From an uncultured candidate division Zixibacteria bacterium (GTDB lineage Bacteria; Zixibacteria; MSB-5A5; GN15; FEB-12), in assembly GCA_963735035.1 (NCBI GenBank), contig CAVTJJ010000004.1, positions 992,001-1,056,000 on the forward strand: 64,000 nt of DNA, given 5' to 3'. Under the pieces are notes generated by a model. The model made no database searches. It saw only the letters and a list, made by a program, of their open reading frames with translations, and was not told the DNA's origin. A program made the position numbers and the translations under genes. Positions 42,146-53,954 of the stretch are shown here, in pieces; position 1 is the first letter of the stretch; each line of letters opens with the position of its first letter.

Positions 42146-43108
42146 CTATAGACACTCCGGCAGCATGCCCGCCTGCGGCCCCGTGATAAACAAATAATCA
42201 ATCAGCATCGAGATATCCCCTATCGTAATGTCGTCGCAAGTGGGATTGATTCCGCCGGATTGATTGACATCAGCTTCGGCCAAACAACCTATGATTGCGT
42301 CGCAGGTTCCTCTCATAAACTTCGCATCAATTATTCGGCTAATGTCAGCGATCGTCGGTATATTCCCGTCGCTGCCGTCGGGGTCACCAACGTGGTAAGT
42401 GCAGCAAGAAGCGCAGTCGCCGTTGGGTGCTGCTGCCGCGTTTGGTGGTGCATTGACGGGCAAGCACGGATCAAGTAGTTCCCAGCAGCGTGGTCCGCTG
42501 ACACCAAGGCCGTTGTCCCACAGAGGGAAGTCAGATCCCGTGACAGGTGCAGCCCACTCCCAGGCGACATCAGATGCCATTGTATCAATACATAAGTGGA
42601 GACCGATATCGGCACGATTGCTCGTAAATTCCAACACCACTGCAATATCGTTGTCTGTTCCTCCGACAAAGCCTACGTCATAAAAATCTATGACGCAAAG
42701 AGAGTAAGCAGCGCGAGTATTAGATCCGGCCGAGCCTCCTGCGGAATCTGCCCCGGTATGTTCCGTCTTCCGATAGCTCAAACCGTTGTCGGTCGAGTAT
42801 CGGTGTATGCGCATTGGTCTAATAGTTTGTGGCAGGGCGGTTACCAGAGGCCCGTCCGACCCCTTGAAATAGCCCCAATCAGCACCATCAGGTGAGTAGA
42901 TTTCAAAACCGTTTTGGGTATTCCATCTACAAATAGAGGGATTGTTTCTGAGGTCGAAGCGAATGCTCGCACGGTGTATACGTCCGACCTGAAGTTGAGT
43001 GTCAGAAATTTCGTTTGTGACCCCGTCAATCGAGAGCACGCCCAAGTGCGTCTGTGCGAACGCGCCTGAGGCAGCAGCCAATGTCAGAAGTAGAATCCAG
43101 AGCTTCAT
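42146..43108 (-). CDS. Secreted protein: FEIYSPDGADW-type N-terminal domain plus dockerin-like C-terminus
   Basis: Signal peptide; paralog of the next two genes; tail CCTYHVGD...EADVNQSGG...DITIGDISMLIDYLFITGP...LPECL. Confidence 0.85.
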   Translation of the reverse strand: MKLWILLLTLAAASGAFAQTHLGVLSIDGVTNEISDTQLQVGRIHRASIRFDLRNNPSICRWNTQNGFEIYSPDGADWGYFKGSDGPLVTALPQTIRPMRIHRYSTDNGLSYRKTEHTGADSAGGSAGSNTRAAYSLCVIDFYDVGFVGGTDNDIAVVLEFTSNRADIGLHLCIDTMASDVAWEWAAPVTGSDFPLWDNGLGVSGPRCWELLDPCLPVNAPPNAAAAPNGDCASCCTYHVGDPDGSDGNIPTIADISRIIDAKFMRGTCDAIIGCLAEADVNQSGGINPTCDDITIGDISMLIDYLFITGPQAGMLPECL

Positions 43109-43134
43109 CAACGCACCTCTTCCTGTGTTGTGTT

Positions 43135-44115
43135 TCACATACACGCCGGCAGTGTGCCCGCCTGCGGACCGGTTATGAACAAGTAGTCAATCAGTGCTGA
43201 AACGTCGCCGATAGTGATGTCGTCTGCGTAAGGCGTGGCACCGCCCGATTGGTTGACGTCAGCTTCCTCAATACATGTGAGTGTCCCACCGGAGATGAAC
43301 AGGAAGTCGATCAAAGTAGAGATGTCTCCAACTGTAGGCTCATCATCTCCACTGTTGTTGGCGTCCCCCACACGAAGATTGCAGCAGCCCAGGCAGCCTA
43401 CCCGCGACATTGCAGTTCCCTCAGTCCCGGGCCTGCCGGCGGTCTTTACGCAGGGAAGATGATATATATCCCAACAGCGGGGGCCGCTTACACCAAGACC
43501 ATTATCCCATATCGGGAAGTCAGAACCGACGACCGGCGCCGCCCATTCCCAGACAGTAACGACTTGGGTTGTGTCGAGACACATGGTCTTCCCGGCATCA
43601 GTGGCAAGTGTCTGAAACTGAAGAATCACGGCAATTCCGTTAGTGCCACCAGGCCCGCCCACAAAGCCTGACGCGCCGGTTCCATCAAACGTTGCGAGCA
43701 TATAGGCTACTCGGCTGTTAGGGCCGGTGCTACCGCCCGGCTGGGTGTGACCGCCGGGTATTGTCGACGCGTAGAGGACGCCGTTGTTTGAGGATGTAAG
43801 ATATTTCTGCAATTTGGACACTGACGGTGGCAGATTGTCTACCATCTGACCGAATGTTCCCAGCAGGTTTACCCAATTGGCGCCGTCGGGGGAATACAAC
43901 TCAAAAGCGTTGGAACTGTTCCACCAACCTGACGGCAGCGCCGTAAAGTTGTACCGAATGCTCACATTGTGTAAGCTGCCGGCAATGAGCTTGAGTTGGC
44001 CCGCGTCATTAATTTGGTTTGTCACGTTGTCAATTGAAACCCTGCCCAGATGCGTCTGAGCGGATGTTCCCGAGGCAACAACCAATGTTAGAAGTACAAT
44101 CAACAGTCTCGTCAT
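43135..44115 (-). CDS. Secreted protein: FELYSPDGANW-type N-terminal domain plus dockerin-like C-terminus
   Basis: Signal peptide; tail CCNLRVGDANNSGDDEPTVGD...LPACM. Confidence 0.85.
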   Translation of the reverse strand: MTRLLIVLLTLVVASGTSAQTHLGRVSIDNVTNQINDAGQLKLIAGSLHNVSIRYNFTALPSGWWNSSNAFELYSPDGANWVNLLGTFGQMVDNLPPSVSKLQKYLTSSNNGVLYASTIPGGHTQPGGSTGPNSRVAYMLATFDGTGASGFVGGPGGTNGIAVILQFQTLATDAGKTMCLDTTQVVTVWEWAAPVVGSDFPIWDNGLGVSGPRCWDIYHLPCVKTAGRPGTEGTAMSRVGCLGCCNLRVGDANNSGDDEPTVGDISTLIDFLFISGGTLTCIEEADVNQSGGATPYADDITIGDVSALIDYLFITGPQAGTLPACM

Positions 44116-44138
44116 AGCCCGTCCTCCTTTTTCTTCCA

Positions 44139-45338
44139 CTACATGCACGCTGGCAAGGCGCCCTCTTGCGGACCGGTAATAAACAGGTAGTCGATTAACG
44201 CCGAAACGTCGCCGATAGTGATGTCGTCTGCGTAAGGCGTGGCACCGCCCGATTGGTTGACGTCAGCCTCTTCAATGCAATTCAGCCAGGCACCCGAAAT
44301 AAACAGGTGGTCAATTAAGGTCGAGATGTCGCCAACCGTCGGTTCATCTTCGCCGCTACCGTTCGCGTCGCCAGTGCGGGCGACACAGCAGTCGCATCCG
44401 TTAGTGGTGGAGGTCACATGGAGTGTGAAGAGATTGTACGAATCTCCGTCGGCTAGGAACTTAATATCAACGGAGCTTCCCGGGGCAAGCTGAGGATTGG
44501 GCCATGTCCACTGACCGCTCTGAGCATCCACCGAACCATAGTCGCCGTTATTGTATGGCGGCATCAGGCGGTACTCGACGGGCAAGTATTGGCAAGCCGG
44601 GAGGGCGCAAAGACTGTACGACGGCGAATGACAGTATCCGAAAGAAAGATTGCCTTCATTTCCCATGCACCACTGCGGACAGCAGTTGGGGCAGACGCCT
44701 ATCACCCAGCAGCGGGGGCCGTCCACACCGAGACCGTTGTCCCAGGCCGGGAAGTCCTCTTCACCGTTGGACCATTCCCAGGCCGTGATGGCTGCACAGG
44801 TGTCGAAACAGATGGTCTTGCCTTCGTCGGCCATACGGCTTTGGAACTGGAAAATCAGCGATATATCATTGTCCAGTCCACCTTCGTAACCGTCAGTTCC
44901 CTGCGCGTCAAAGGTGGCCAGAGAGAAACCTGCCCGGCTGAAAGGTCCGGTACTTCCACCGGCCGCATCTGCGCCGTTGTTGCCAGTGACAGTCCAGTTA
45001 GTACCGTCGTAATTGAAATACTTATTGAATTTACTTACCCCGGCACCAAGTTGGTTTACCAGAGGACCCCGAGTCCCTGTGAAACTGACCCAGTCGGCAC
45101 CGTCGGGCGAGTAAATCTCAAACCCGTTAGAACCATACCAGTGGGACAAGGGCGAGGTTGGGTTGCCGAGGAAATTGTATCTAACGGAAACGATATGGGT
45201 GCTTCCGGCCGACAGAGCGCTTGCACCCAAGGAATTGGTGATCCCGTCAAGTGAGACAACACCATTTTGGGCGAGCGCGTCGGTTCCGCAAGCGGCCGTG
45301 ATTAAGACCGCCGCAAAGATTACAAGAGAGCGTTTCAT
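44139..45338 (-). CDS. Secreted protein: FEIYSPDGADW-type domain, extra Cys-rich domain and dockerin-like C-terminus
   Basis: Signal peptide; tail CCVARTGDANGSGEDEPTVGD...LPACM. Confidence 0.85.
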   Translation of the reverse strand: MKRSLVIFAAVLITAACGTDALAQNGVVSLDGITNSLGASALSAGSTHIVSVRYNFLGNPTSPLSHWYGSNGFEIYSPDGADWVSFTGTRGPLVNQLGAGVSKFNKYFNYDGTNWTVTGNNGADAAGGSTGPFSRAGFSLATFDAQGTDGYEGGLDNDISLIFQFQSRMADEGKTICFDTCAAITAWEWSNGEEDFPAWDNGLGVDGPRCWVIGVCPNCCPQWCMGNEGNLSFGYCHSPSYSLCALPACQYLPVEYRLMPPYNNGDYGSVDAQSGQWTWPNPQLAPGSSVDIKFLADGDSYNLFTLHVTSTTNGCDCCVARTGDANGSGEDEPTVGDISTLIDHLFISGAWLNCIEEADVNQSGGATPYADDITIGDVSALIDYLFITGPQEGALPACM

Positions 45339-45805
45339 CGCACACCACCTTCCAGGCAAGGTAAGAGGCTCGAGCCGTAGGGGCCGGCAATAAACAGGTA
45401 GTTTATCAACAGGCTGACATCACCAATCGTAATATCGTCGATAGTTGGATTGGCCCCGCCGCTTTGATTTATATCTGCCTCTCCTATACACGGTATGAAG
45501 GTGGGTGTGACACCTTCGATGATGCCGCCGAGGATAGCGAGATCGACGATATCGCCGATGGTTGGCTCGTCACCGCCGGTTCCGTTGACATCACCTACGC
45601 GACCGATACAGCACGAAGCCAAAGCAGACACGGGGAATCCATTTCCGCCAACGTTGTCGGTCGCAGGATCGATGTCACTGCTGCGGGTTGCGGCGGTAGT
45701 GGTCGAGCCCCAGGCATCAGTCTGTGCCATCAGACTGCCTGGCAACATCCCCACCAGTAAAACTACAAGAATTAGCGACCAGTACTCATGATAATTACGC
45801 TTCAT
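45335..45805 (-). CDS. Small secreted protein consisting almost only of a dockerin-like module
   Basis: AGGAGG-like RBS, signal peptide, short linker, CCIGRVGDVNGTGGDEPTIGD...LLPCL; ATGA overlap with the next gene. Confidence 0.85.
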   Translation of the reverse strand: MKRNYHEYWSLILVVLLVGMLPGSLMAQTDAWGSTTTAATRSSDIDPATDNVGGNGFPVSALASCCIGRVGDVNGTGGDEPTIGDIVDLAILGGIIEGVTPTFIPCIGEADINQSGGANPTIDDITIGDVSLLINYLFIAGPYGSSLLPCLEGGVR

Positions 45806-45949
45806 GATTTCTTACCTCCTTGAACCCCATGATCCAGCAGGGTTGCAGATCGGTCCTGATATGTCTGTATTTCTAACGAAAAGATACACTATCGAGGTAT
45901 GACGTGTCAATGATTTTCTTTGATGAATCCGATCGGGATTGTGTGAAGT

Positions 45950-46245
45950 CTGGTAGGGCGGGTCCGCTTCGAACCCGCCATGAACGATGGCGCAAGACGG
46001 AACCGCAGGTTCCGTCATCCCGACGAAAGTCGGGAACCAGTTGTGACGGCTATGGCGAGACAGCCAATGTGAGAAGAGACTGAGCGAAAGGAATCGAAAT
46101 CATGAGTCTGGTGATCGGCTAACACAACTGGGCCCCGGTTTACACCGGGGTGACGGCCTGGCGGCCGTCGCCTGATATCGTAACGGTCACTCATGACCAC
46201 GCTGCAACGAGTTATGTAGGGCGGGTCTGCTTCAAACCCGCCATG
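45950..46245. repeat. REP cluster upstream of tilS
   Basis: GTAGGGCGGGTC(C/T)GCTTC(G/A)AACCCGCC near 45953 and 46216 flanking a CGTC doublet at 46013-46155. Confidence 0.85.
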
Positions 46246-46299
46246 AGCGAAACGGCGTTTTTTTGTTCCGTCTACAACTGTGATGCATATCTTTCACTC

Positions 46300-47700
46300 A
46301 TGACCACGCTCCAACGAGTCAAAGAAACAATCATGCGTTATGAGCTACTAACGCATGGTGATGCCGTGCTTGTCGCTCTCTCCGGCGGACCCGACTCCGT
46401 GGCGTTGTTACACATTCTGTCACGATTGAGAAAGAACTTTAAGCTTCGACTAGGCGCGGTCTACATCAATCATCAGATGCGTCCTCGCGCGGCAAATAAG
46501 GAAGAGAAGTTCTGTCAGAGTTTATGCGATGATTTGAAAGTGCCGCTCATCATCATCCGCGAAGACGTCCCGGCACTTTCGCGCAGACTACATTTGGGTC
46601 TTGAAGAGACGGCGCGACAAGTTCGTTACGCCACGTTCGACCGTCTGGCCTCCGCCTATAGTTATGATCACGTAGCGCTCGGGCATCATGCCGACGACCA
46701 GGTTGAGACGATTCTGTTTCGTCTGGCTCGGGGAACCGGACCTTCCGGGCTGGCCGGGATGCCGATCAAACGAGGGAAATACATCCGGCCGCTCCTCGAT
46801 CTAACTCGCGCCGACATTCTCGATTACCTGAAAGAGCACTCACTGGATTGGTGCGATGACGCCAGCAACCGCTCGATCCGCTTCAAGCGCAACTGGATCC
46901 GCCATCGCCTGCTGCCGGAGTTGCGACGTCATCTGAACCCAAAGGTAGATACCGCTATTCTCGCCCTGGCCGAAACCGTTTCAGAGGAAGAGGCCTATTT
47001 CGATGCCGAAGTAGCTCGTCTGGCCAAACAGACTCTAAGAGTTAGCGCCGGCGGCAAGATTGAGCTTGCTTTGAAAAAATACTCGCATTATGCTATCGGC
47101 GTCAGGCGCAGACTGTTAAGGCATTGTCTGAAAGTGACTTGCCCGAACGAATCCGGCTTGGACAAGGAAGTGATTCAGCGTCTTGACGGTTTAGCGTTGA
47201 GCGGAAACGGATCATTGTCGATGCCCGGTCGTGTCCAGGCGGTGGTTGTCGACGGTCGGTTGTTTCTCTGGCGACGGGCTCCCCGGCAGGTCTGCGAATC
47301 GTTCCAGCCGGGTAAGTCAATGAACCTCAACTGGCCGGCCGTGAGAGTCGCGGGACGCGTCGTCGCGAAGAAGACGACGAAAGTTCGATTTCCTGACGGA
47401 CCACGAGTCTGGCTTGATTGGGATCGAATAGAACCGCCGTTCGAAGTGAGAACGGCGCGCCCGGGTGATCGATTTAGGCCACTCGGTATGAAAGGGCACA
47501 AGAAGGTCAGCGCATATTTATCCGACCGAAAAGTGCCGCGTCCGTTGCGGGACGAAGTCCTGTTGTTGTGTGACCGGTCGGGACCGGTGTGGCTAATAGG
47601 TTATGAAATCGCGGAACGAGCGAAAGTTGATGATAAGACCAGGAGGGTATTGACCGTTGCCGTCAGTATCAGAAAAGAAACGCATGGCGCAGCCGTTTGA
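46300..47700 (+). CDS. tilS: tRNA(Ile)-lysidine synthetase TilS
   Basis: VALSGGPDSVALL, EETARQVRY, GHHADDQVET, IRPLL, RNWIRH, C-terminal PGDRF. Confidence 0.96.
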   Translation: MTTLQRVKETIMRYELLTHGDAVLVALSGGPDSVALLHILSRLRKNFKLRLGAVYINHQMRPRAANKEEKFCQSLCDDLKVPLIIIREDVPALSRRLHLGLEETARQVRYATFDRLASAYSYDHVALGHHADDQVETILFRLARGTGPSGLAGMPIKRGKYIRPLLDLTRADILDYLKEHSLDWCDDASNRSIRFKRNWIRHRLLPELRRHLNPKVDTAILALAETVSEEEAYFDAEVARLAKQTLRVSAGGKIELALKKYSHYAIGVRRRLLRHCLKVTCPNESGLDKEVIQRLDGLALSGNGSLSMPGRVQAVVVDGRLFLWRRAPRQVCESFQPGKSMNLNWPAVRVAGRVVAKKTTKVRFPDGPRVWLDWDRIEPPFEVRTARPGDRFRPLGMKGHKKVSAYLSDRKVPRPLRDEVLLLCDRSGPVWLIGYEIAERAKVDDKTRRVLTVAVSIRKETHGAAV

Positions 47701-48208
47701 GCTGCTCCTGGATCAGCAGACGATTCAAAGACGCGTGGTCGAATTGGGAAATCAGATTACCCAGGACTACGCCGGGAAGACGCTTCTCTTGATCGGTGTC
47801 CTGAAGGGGTGTGTCGTCTTCATGTCCGACCTGATCCGGCACATCAGCCTGCCGGTGGAGCTGGAATTTGTGTCGGCCGCCTCGTATCGCAAGGGAGCCA
47901 GCCGTGAGACCGAAATAGTTTTCAGCGGCGGCGCTCCGTTTCCGGTCAAGGGACGGCATATCCTTCTCGTGGACGGGATAATCGATTCGGCCCGTACGGC
48001 GGTGACCGTTCTGCAGTGGCTGCAAAAAGAGGAACCGGCCACGGTTGAAATTGTTACTCTCCTGGATAAACCGGCCAGCCACCGGACTCGTATAAACATC
48101 AAGTATCGCGGTTTCACGGTCGGTAACGACTTTGTGATAGGGTACGGGCTGGACAACACCCAGAAATACCGTAACCTGCCCTTCGTGGGGCGAATGATTG
48201 ATAAGTAG
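47684..48208 (+). CDS. hpt: Hypoxanthine phosphoribosyltransferase homologue (altered PRPP motif)
   Basis: IGVLKG, SY loop, LLDKP, FVIGYGLD..QKYRNLP; position between tilS and ftsH. Confidence 0.9.
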   Translation: MAQPFELLLDQQTIQRRVVELGNQITQDYAGKTLLLIGVLKGCVVFMSDLIRHISLPVELEFVSAASYRKGASRETEIVFSGGAPFPVKGRHILLVDGIIDSARTAVTVLQWLQKEEPATVEIVTLLDKPASHRTRINIKYRGFTVGNDFVIGYGLDNTQKYRNLPFVGRMIDK

Positions 48209-48298
48209 AGCGACCGGTAAAGTGTCCGATAATATGAATTATGCTCAGGTTTTCGAGTATTTCTTCAAGTAACCGGTCGGGCAAAGAACGGAGAGAGA

Positions 48299-50263
<1,965 letters not shown>

Positions 50264-50277
50264 GCTTGAAATCAACG

Positions 50278-50307
50278 CCCGGTCGCTTTCGCGACCGGGT
50301 TTTTCTT
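50278..50307 (+). terminator. Rho-independent terminator after ftsH
   Basis: CCCGGTCGC-TTTC-GCGACCGGG then TTTTTCTT. Confidence 0.85.
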
Positions 50308-50389
50308 GTGGCTTCAGTTCGGTGGGATTCTACTTGCCAGAATACCGGTTGTTTTTTGGGTGTGAATCGTATACTTTGAAAATACGTCT

Positions 50390-51274
50390 ATGATGCAGGA
50401 GCAGGCCATGGTCAAACCCGAAGAGATTGAACGAGTTATCGTCTTATCCGACGACCGCCGCATCTCTTTGGCTCCTCCTCTGGTCGTGGGCGTGCTGAAC
50501 GTTACTCCCGATTCGTTTTCCGATGGCGGCCGGTTTGACACTCTGGAAAAGGCGCTGGCTCATGCTCACCGAATGGTCCGGGAAGGAGCCGGTGTCATCG
50601 ATATCGGCGGGGAGTCATCCCGTCCCGGTTCGAAGCGCGTGACTCCTGATGAAGAATTGCGGCGGGTGATTCCGGTTATCGAGCATCTTTCGACCGAGAT
50701 CAAAGTACCAATCTCGATAGACACCTGTCGAGCGTCGACTGCCCGCGCGGCCTTAGCCGCCGGGGCATCAATCATCAATGATATTTCGGCGTTGCGATTT
50801 GATCCGGAGATGACCACCCTGGTCGCTGAGGCGGGAGTGCCTGTTATCCTGATGCACATGCAGGGGACCCCACGAGTCATGCAGGTAGATCCGTATTATG
50901 ATGATTGTGTCGACGAAGTGGGCGTCTTCTTCGATGAGCGCATCAAGTATTGCATCGCCCACGGGATCAACCGAAGCAAGATTGTTCTCGATCCGGGTAT
51001 AGGTTTCGGCAAGAGGTTGTCCGACAATCTGGCACTCCTCTCGAATCTATGCACCTTCCGGCGATTCGGACTCCCGCTGATGGTGGGCGCGTCTCGTAAG
51101 ACGTTCATAGCTATGTTATCGCCGACCACAGAGATACCGGATCATCGGCTTGGCGGATCGATTGCCGCAGCTGTGGCCGCGGTCCAGAACGGAGCGGACA
51201 TTGTGAGAGTGCACGATGTCGCTGAGACGGTCGAGGCGCTCCGCATCATTCAGGGAATAGGAACGGCGGGCTGA
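50390..51274 (+). CDS. folP: Dihydropteroate synthase
   Basis: GVLNVTPDSFSDGG, DIGGESSRPG, LDPGIGFGK, GASRK, IVRVHDV. Confidence 0.96.
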   Translation: MMQEQAMVKPEEIERVIVLSDDRRISLAPPLVVGVLNVTPDSFSDGGRFDTLEKALAHAHRMVREGAGVIDIGGESSRPGSKRVTPDEELRRVIPVIEHLSTEIKVPISIDTCRASTARAALAAGASIINDISALRFDPEMTTLVAEAGVPVILMHMQGTPRVMQVDPYYDDCVDEVGVFFDERIKYCIAHGINRSKIVLDPGIGFGKRLSDNLALLSNLCTFRRFGLPLMVGASRKTFIAMLSPTTEIPDHRLGGSIAAAVAAVQNGADIVRVHDVAETVEALRIIQGIGTAG

Positions 51275-51277
51275 GCG

Positions 51278-52030
51278 ATGCGTTTCGAATTTCTCGAATT
51301 CAGCTTCAAGGACCTGATCGACGTACTCATCGTCTCGTTCATCATCTATCAGGTTCTCCGACTAACCAGGGGCACCCGTTCGGCCCAGATCATTGTCGGG
51401 TTGCTGCTGCTGGCGGTTATCGCGGTTGGATCGTATTGGTTTCAGCTCGAAGGTCTGGCGTGGATGTTCTCCACGCTGGCGACATTCGGGATTATCGTGC
51501 TGGTGGTGGTGTTCCAGCCGGAACTCCGCTCGGCCCTGGCCAGTATCGGGCAGAATCGACTGATGCGGGCGCTGGTGCCGATTGAGCAGAAGAGGGTTCT
51601 TTCGGAAGTTTCCCGGGCGGCGTTGAGGTTGGCTGAACTGGGCTACGGTGCGCTGATCGTCATCCAGCGAAGCACCGGCCTTCGCAATTTCGCCGAGTCC
51701 GGCAAGGCCGTGAAATCAGAACTATCCTCAGAACTGCTGATAACTCTCTTTACGCCCTATACGCCCTTGCACGACGGAGCCGTGATTATTACAGGGGAGA
51801 CTATCGAGGCCGCGGCCGCCTCGCTGCCGCTGACCAACAATCACCGCTACCACAAGCTCTACGGTATGCGCCACAAGGCGGCTATCGGGGTCAGCGAAGT
51901 CTCCGACGCCGTGGTGGTGGTAGTGTCAGAAGAAACTCATCAGATATCGGTGGCGGTCGACGGCAATCTGCACTCCGATATCCCCAAAGCGGAATTCCGC
52001 GACCGCCTGGCGGAGTTCCTTCACGGCTAG
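51278..52030 (+). CDS. cdaA: Diadenylate cyclase CdaA/DacA
   Basis: Three TM helices, FQPELR, TPLHDGA, GMRHKAA, VVSEET. Confidence 0.93.
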   Translation: MRFEFLEFSFKDLIDVLIVSFIIYQVLRLTRGTRSAQIIVGLLLLAVIAVGSYWFQLEGLAWMFSTLATFGIIVLVVVFQPELRSALASIGQNRLMRALVPIEQKRVLSEVSRAALRLAELGYGALIVIQRSTGLRNFAESGKAVKSELSSELLITLFTPYTPLHDGAVIITGETIEAAAASLPLTNNHRYHKLYGMRHKAAIGVSEVSDAVVVVVSEETHQISVAVDGNLHSDIPKAEFRDRLAEFLHG

Positions 52031-52143
52031 CGGCAATCTTGTCGCCGGACCTTCCTCAATTGACAGAACGCCTCTTGTTGACGTTATTGGCGCGCCTGAT
52101 GTATCGTCCGGTCTAATGCCGGTCAACTGAAAAAGTGAGAGAA

Positions 52144-53946
52144 ATGTACGACCTGAATCACATACGCAATTTTTCGATTATCGCCCATATCGATCATGGC
52201 AAATCCACCCTGGCCGACCGCCTGCTCGAAGCTACCCATACGCTGGGCATTCGCCAGATGCACGCCCAGGTGCTCGATTCGATGGACCTCGAACAGGAGC
52301 GCGGGATTACTATCAAGGCTCATGCCATCAGGCTGATCTATCCGGCGCGCGATGGCGAGAAATACCAGCTCAATCTGATCGATACCCCGGGACATGTCGA
52401 TTTTACTTACGAAGTCAGTCGTTCGCTGGCCGCCTGTGAAGGTGCCATACTGGTGGTAGATGCTTCTCAGGGGATCGAGGCTCAAACGCTTTCTAATCTG
52501 TATCTCGCGATGGAAAACGATCTCGAAATTCTGCCCGTCATCAACAAGATAGATCTGCCCAGCGCCAACCCGGATTCGGTTCGTCGCGATCTGGTCGAAC
52601 TGATCGGCTGCAAGCCCGAAGATGTCCTTCAGGTTTCGGCCAAGGAAGGTAAGGGGATCGCCGAATTACTGGAACAGATTGTGCAGGTGTTTCCGCCGCC
52701 CAAAGGTGATCCGGACGCGCCGCTTCAGGCGATGGTGTTCGATTCGGTATTTGATACCTACCGGGGCGCCATGCCGGTGATCCGGGTGAAGAACGGGACG
52801 TTGAAACGCGGCGATAAAGTCAGGTTCTTCTCCCACGATACGCTTTACGATGTGGATGAAATCGGATTCCTGCGCCTTCAGCCGATGCCTCTGGAGCAAC
52901 TTCGCGCCGGCGAGGTAGGATACTTCTTTGCATCGATCCGGCGGGTGCAGGATACGAAAATCGGCGACACGGCCACCGTGGCCAATCGCCCGGCCGACGC
53001 ACCGCTGCCGGGATTCGTCAATGTCAAGCCGATGGTCTTCGCCGGGATTTACCCGGCCGTGGCGGAAGATTTCGGACAGCTTCGTGACGCCCTCGAAAAG
53101 CTCGGTCTTAATGACTCCGCGCTTTCGTTTGTACCTGAGTCCTCAGTTGCGCTCGGGTTCGGATTCCGCGTAGGATTTCTGGGACTCCTGCATATGGAGA
53201 TCGTCACCGAGCGGCTCTCGCGCGAGTTCAACCAGACTACAGTCAATACGGTCCCCAGCGTCGAGAATCATGTCTTCGGCACGGATAGCACGATGATAGT
53301 CGTGGACAACCCGGCCAAGATGCCGCCGGTCGGGAAGATTGAATACATCGAAGAACCGTATGTCGACGGTCAAATAATCATGCCGGCTGAGTATATCGGC
53401 GCGATCATGAAACTCGCCTCGGAACGGCGCGGTGAATATCGGAACACCGAATATCTGTCACCCACCCGGTGCAGTGTGACTTTCCATTTCCCGCTGACCG
53501 AGATCATTTTCGATTTCTACGACAAGCTTAAGTCGATCACTCGTGGATACGCCTCGTTTGACTACGGCCTGCCGTACTATCGCCGCTCGGATCTAGTAAA
53601 GCTCGACATCCTGGTCAACGGCGACTCGGTGGATGCTCTCTCGGTGGTTTTGCATCGCGACAAATCGTACGCCTACGGCCTTAAGTTATGCGAGAAGCTG
53701 CGGCAGTTGATTCCACGGCAGATGTTCGAGGTGGTGGTGCAGGCGGCTATCGGAAGCCGGATCATCAGCCGGGCCAGCATTCGACCACTTCGCAAGAACG
53801 TGACGGCCCGTTGCTACGGCGGTGATATTTCGCGCAAGCGCAAGCTTCTGGAGAACCAGAAAGCGGGCAAGAAGCGGATGAAGCAGATCGGCAGTGTGGA
53901 GATTCCGCAGGAAGCTTTCCTGGCGGCGCTGCAAGTGGAGCAGTGA
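52144..53946 (+). CDS. lepA: Elongation factor 4
   Basis: [50 protein letters not shown]. Confidence 0.98.
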   Translation: MYDLNHIRNFSIIAHIDHGKSTLADRLLEATHTLGIRQMHAQVLDSMDLEQERGITIKAHAIRLIYPARDGEKYQLNLIDTPGHVDFTYEVSRSLAACEGAILVVDASQGIEAQTLSNLYLAMENDLEILPVINKIDLPSANPDSVRRDLVELIGCKPEDVLQVSAKEGKGIAELLEQIVQVFPPPKGDPDAPLQAMVFDSVFDTYRGAMPVIRVKNGTLKRGDKVRFFSHDTLYDVDEIGFLRLQPMPLEQLRAGEVGYFFASIRRVQDTKIGDTATVANRPADAPLPGFVNVKPMVFAGIYPAVAEDFGQLRDALEKLGLNDSALSFVPESSVALGFGFRVGFLGLLHMEIVTERLSREFNQTTVNTVPSVENHVFGTDSTMIVVDNPAKMPPVGKIEYIEEPYVDGQIIMPAEYIGAIMKLASERRGEYRNTEYLSPTRCSVTFHFPLTEIIFDFYDKLKSITRGYASFDYGLPYYRRSDLVKLDILVNGDSVDALSVVLHRDKSYAYGLKLCEKLRQLIPRQMFEVVVQAAIGSRIISRASIRPLRKNVTARCYGGDISRKRKLLENQKAGKKRMKQIGSVEIPQEAFLAALQVEQ

Positions 53947-53954
53947 GGGATTTG

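Noticed and set aside
43199..44267. Diversity-generating retroelement template/variable repeat pair
   Set aside because: The two segments are identical rather than differing at adenines, both are coding, and no reverse transcriptase is in the window.
46150..46299. N-terminal extension of TilS
   Set aside because: It lies in repeat sequence; ATG 46300 gives a normal TilS start.
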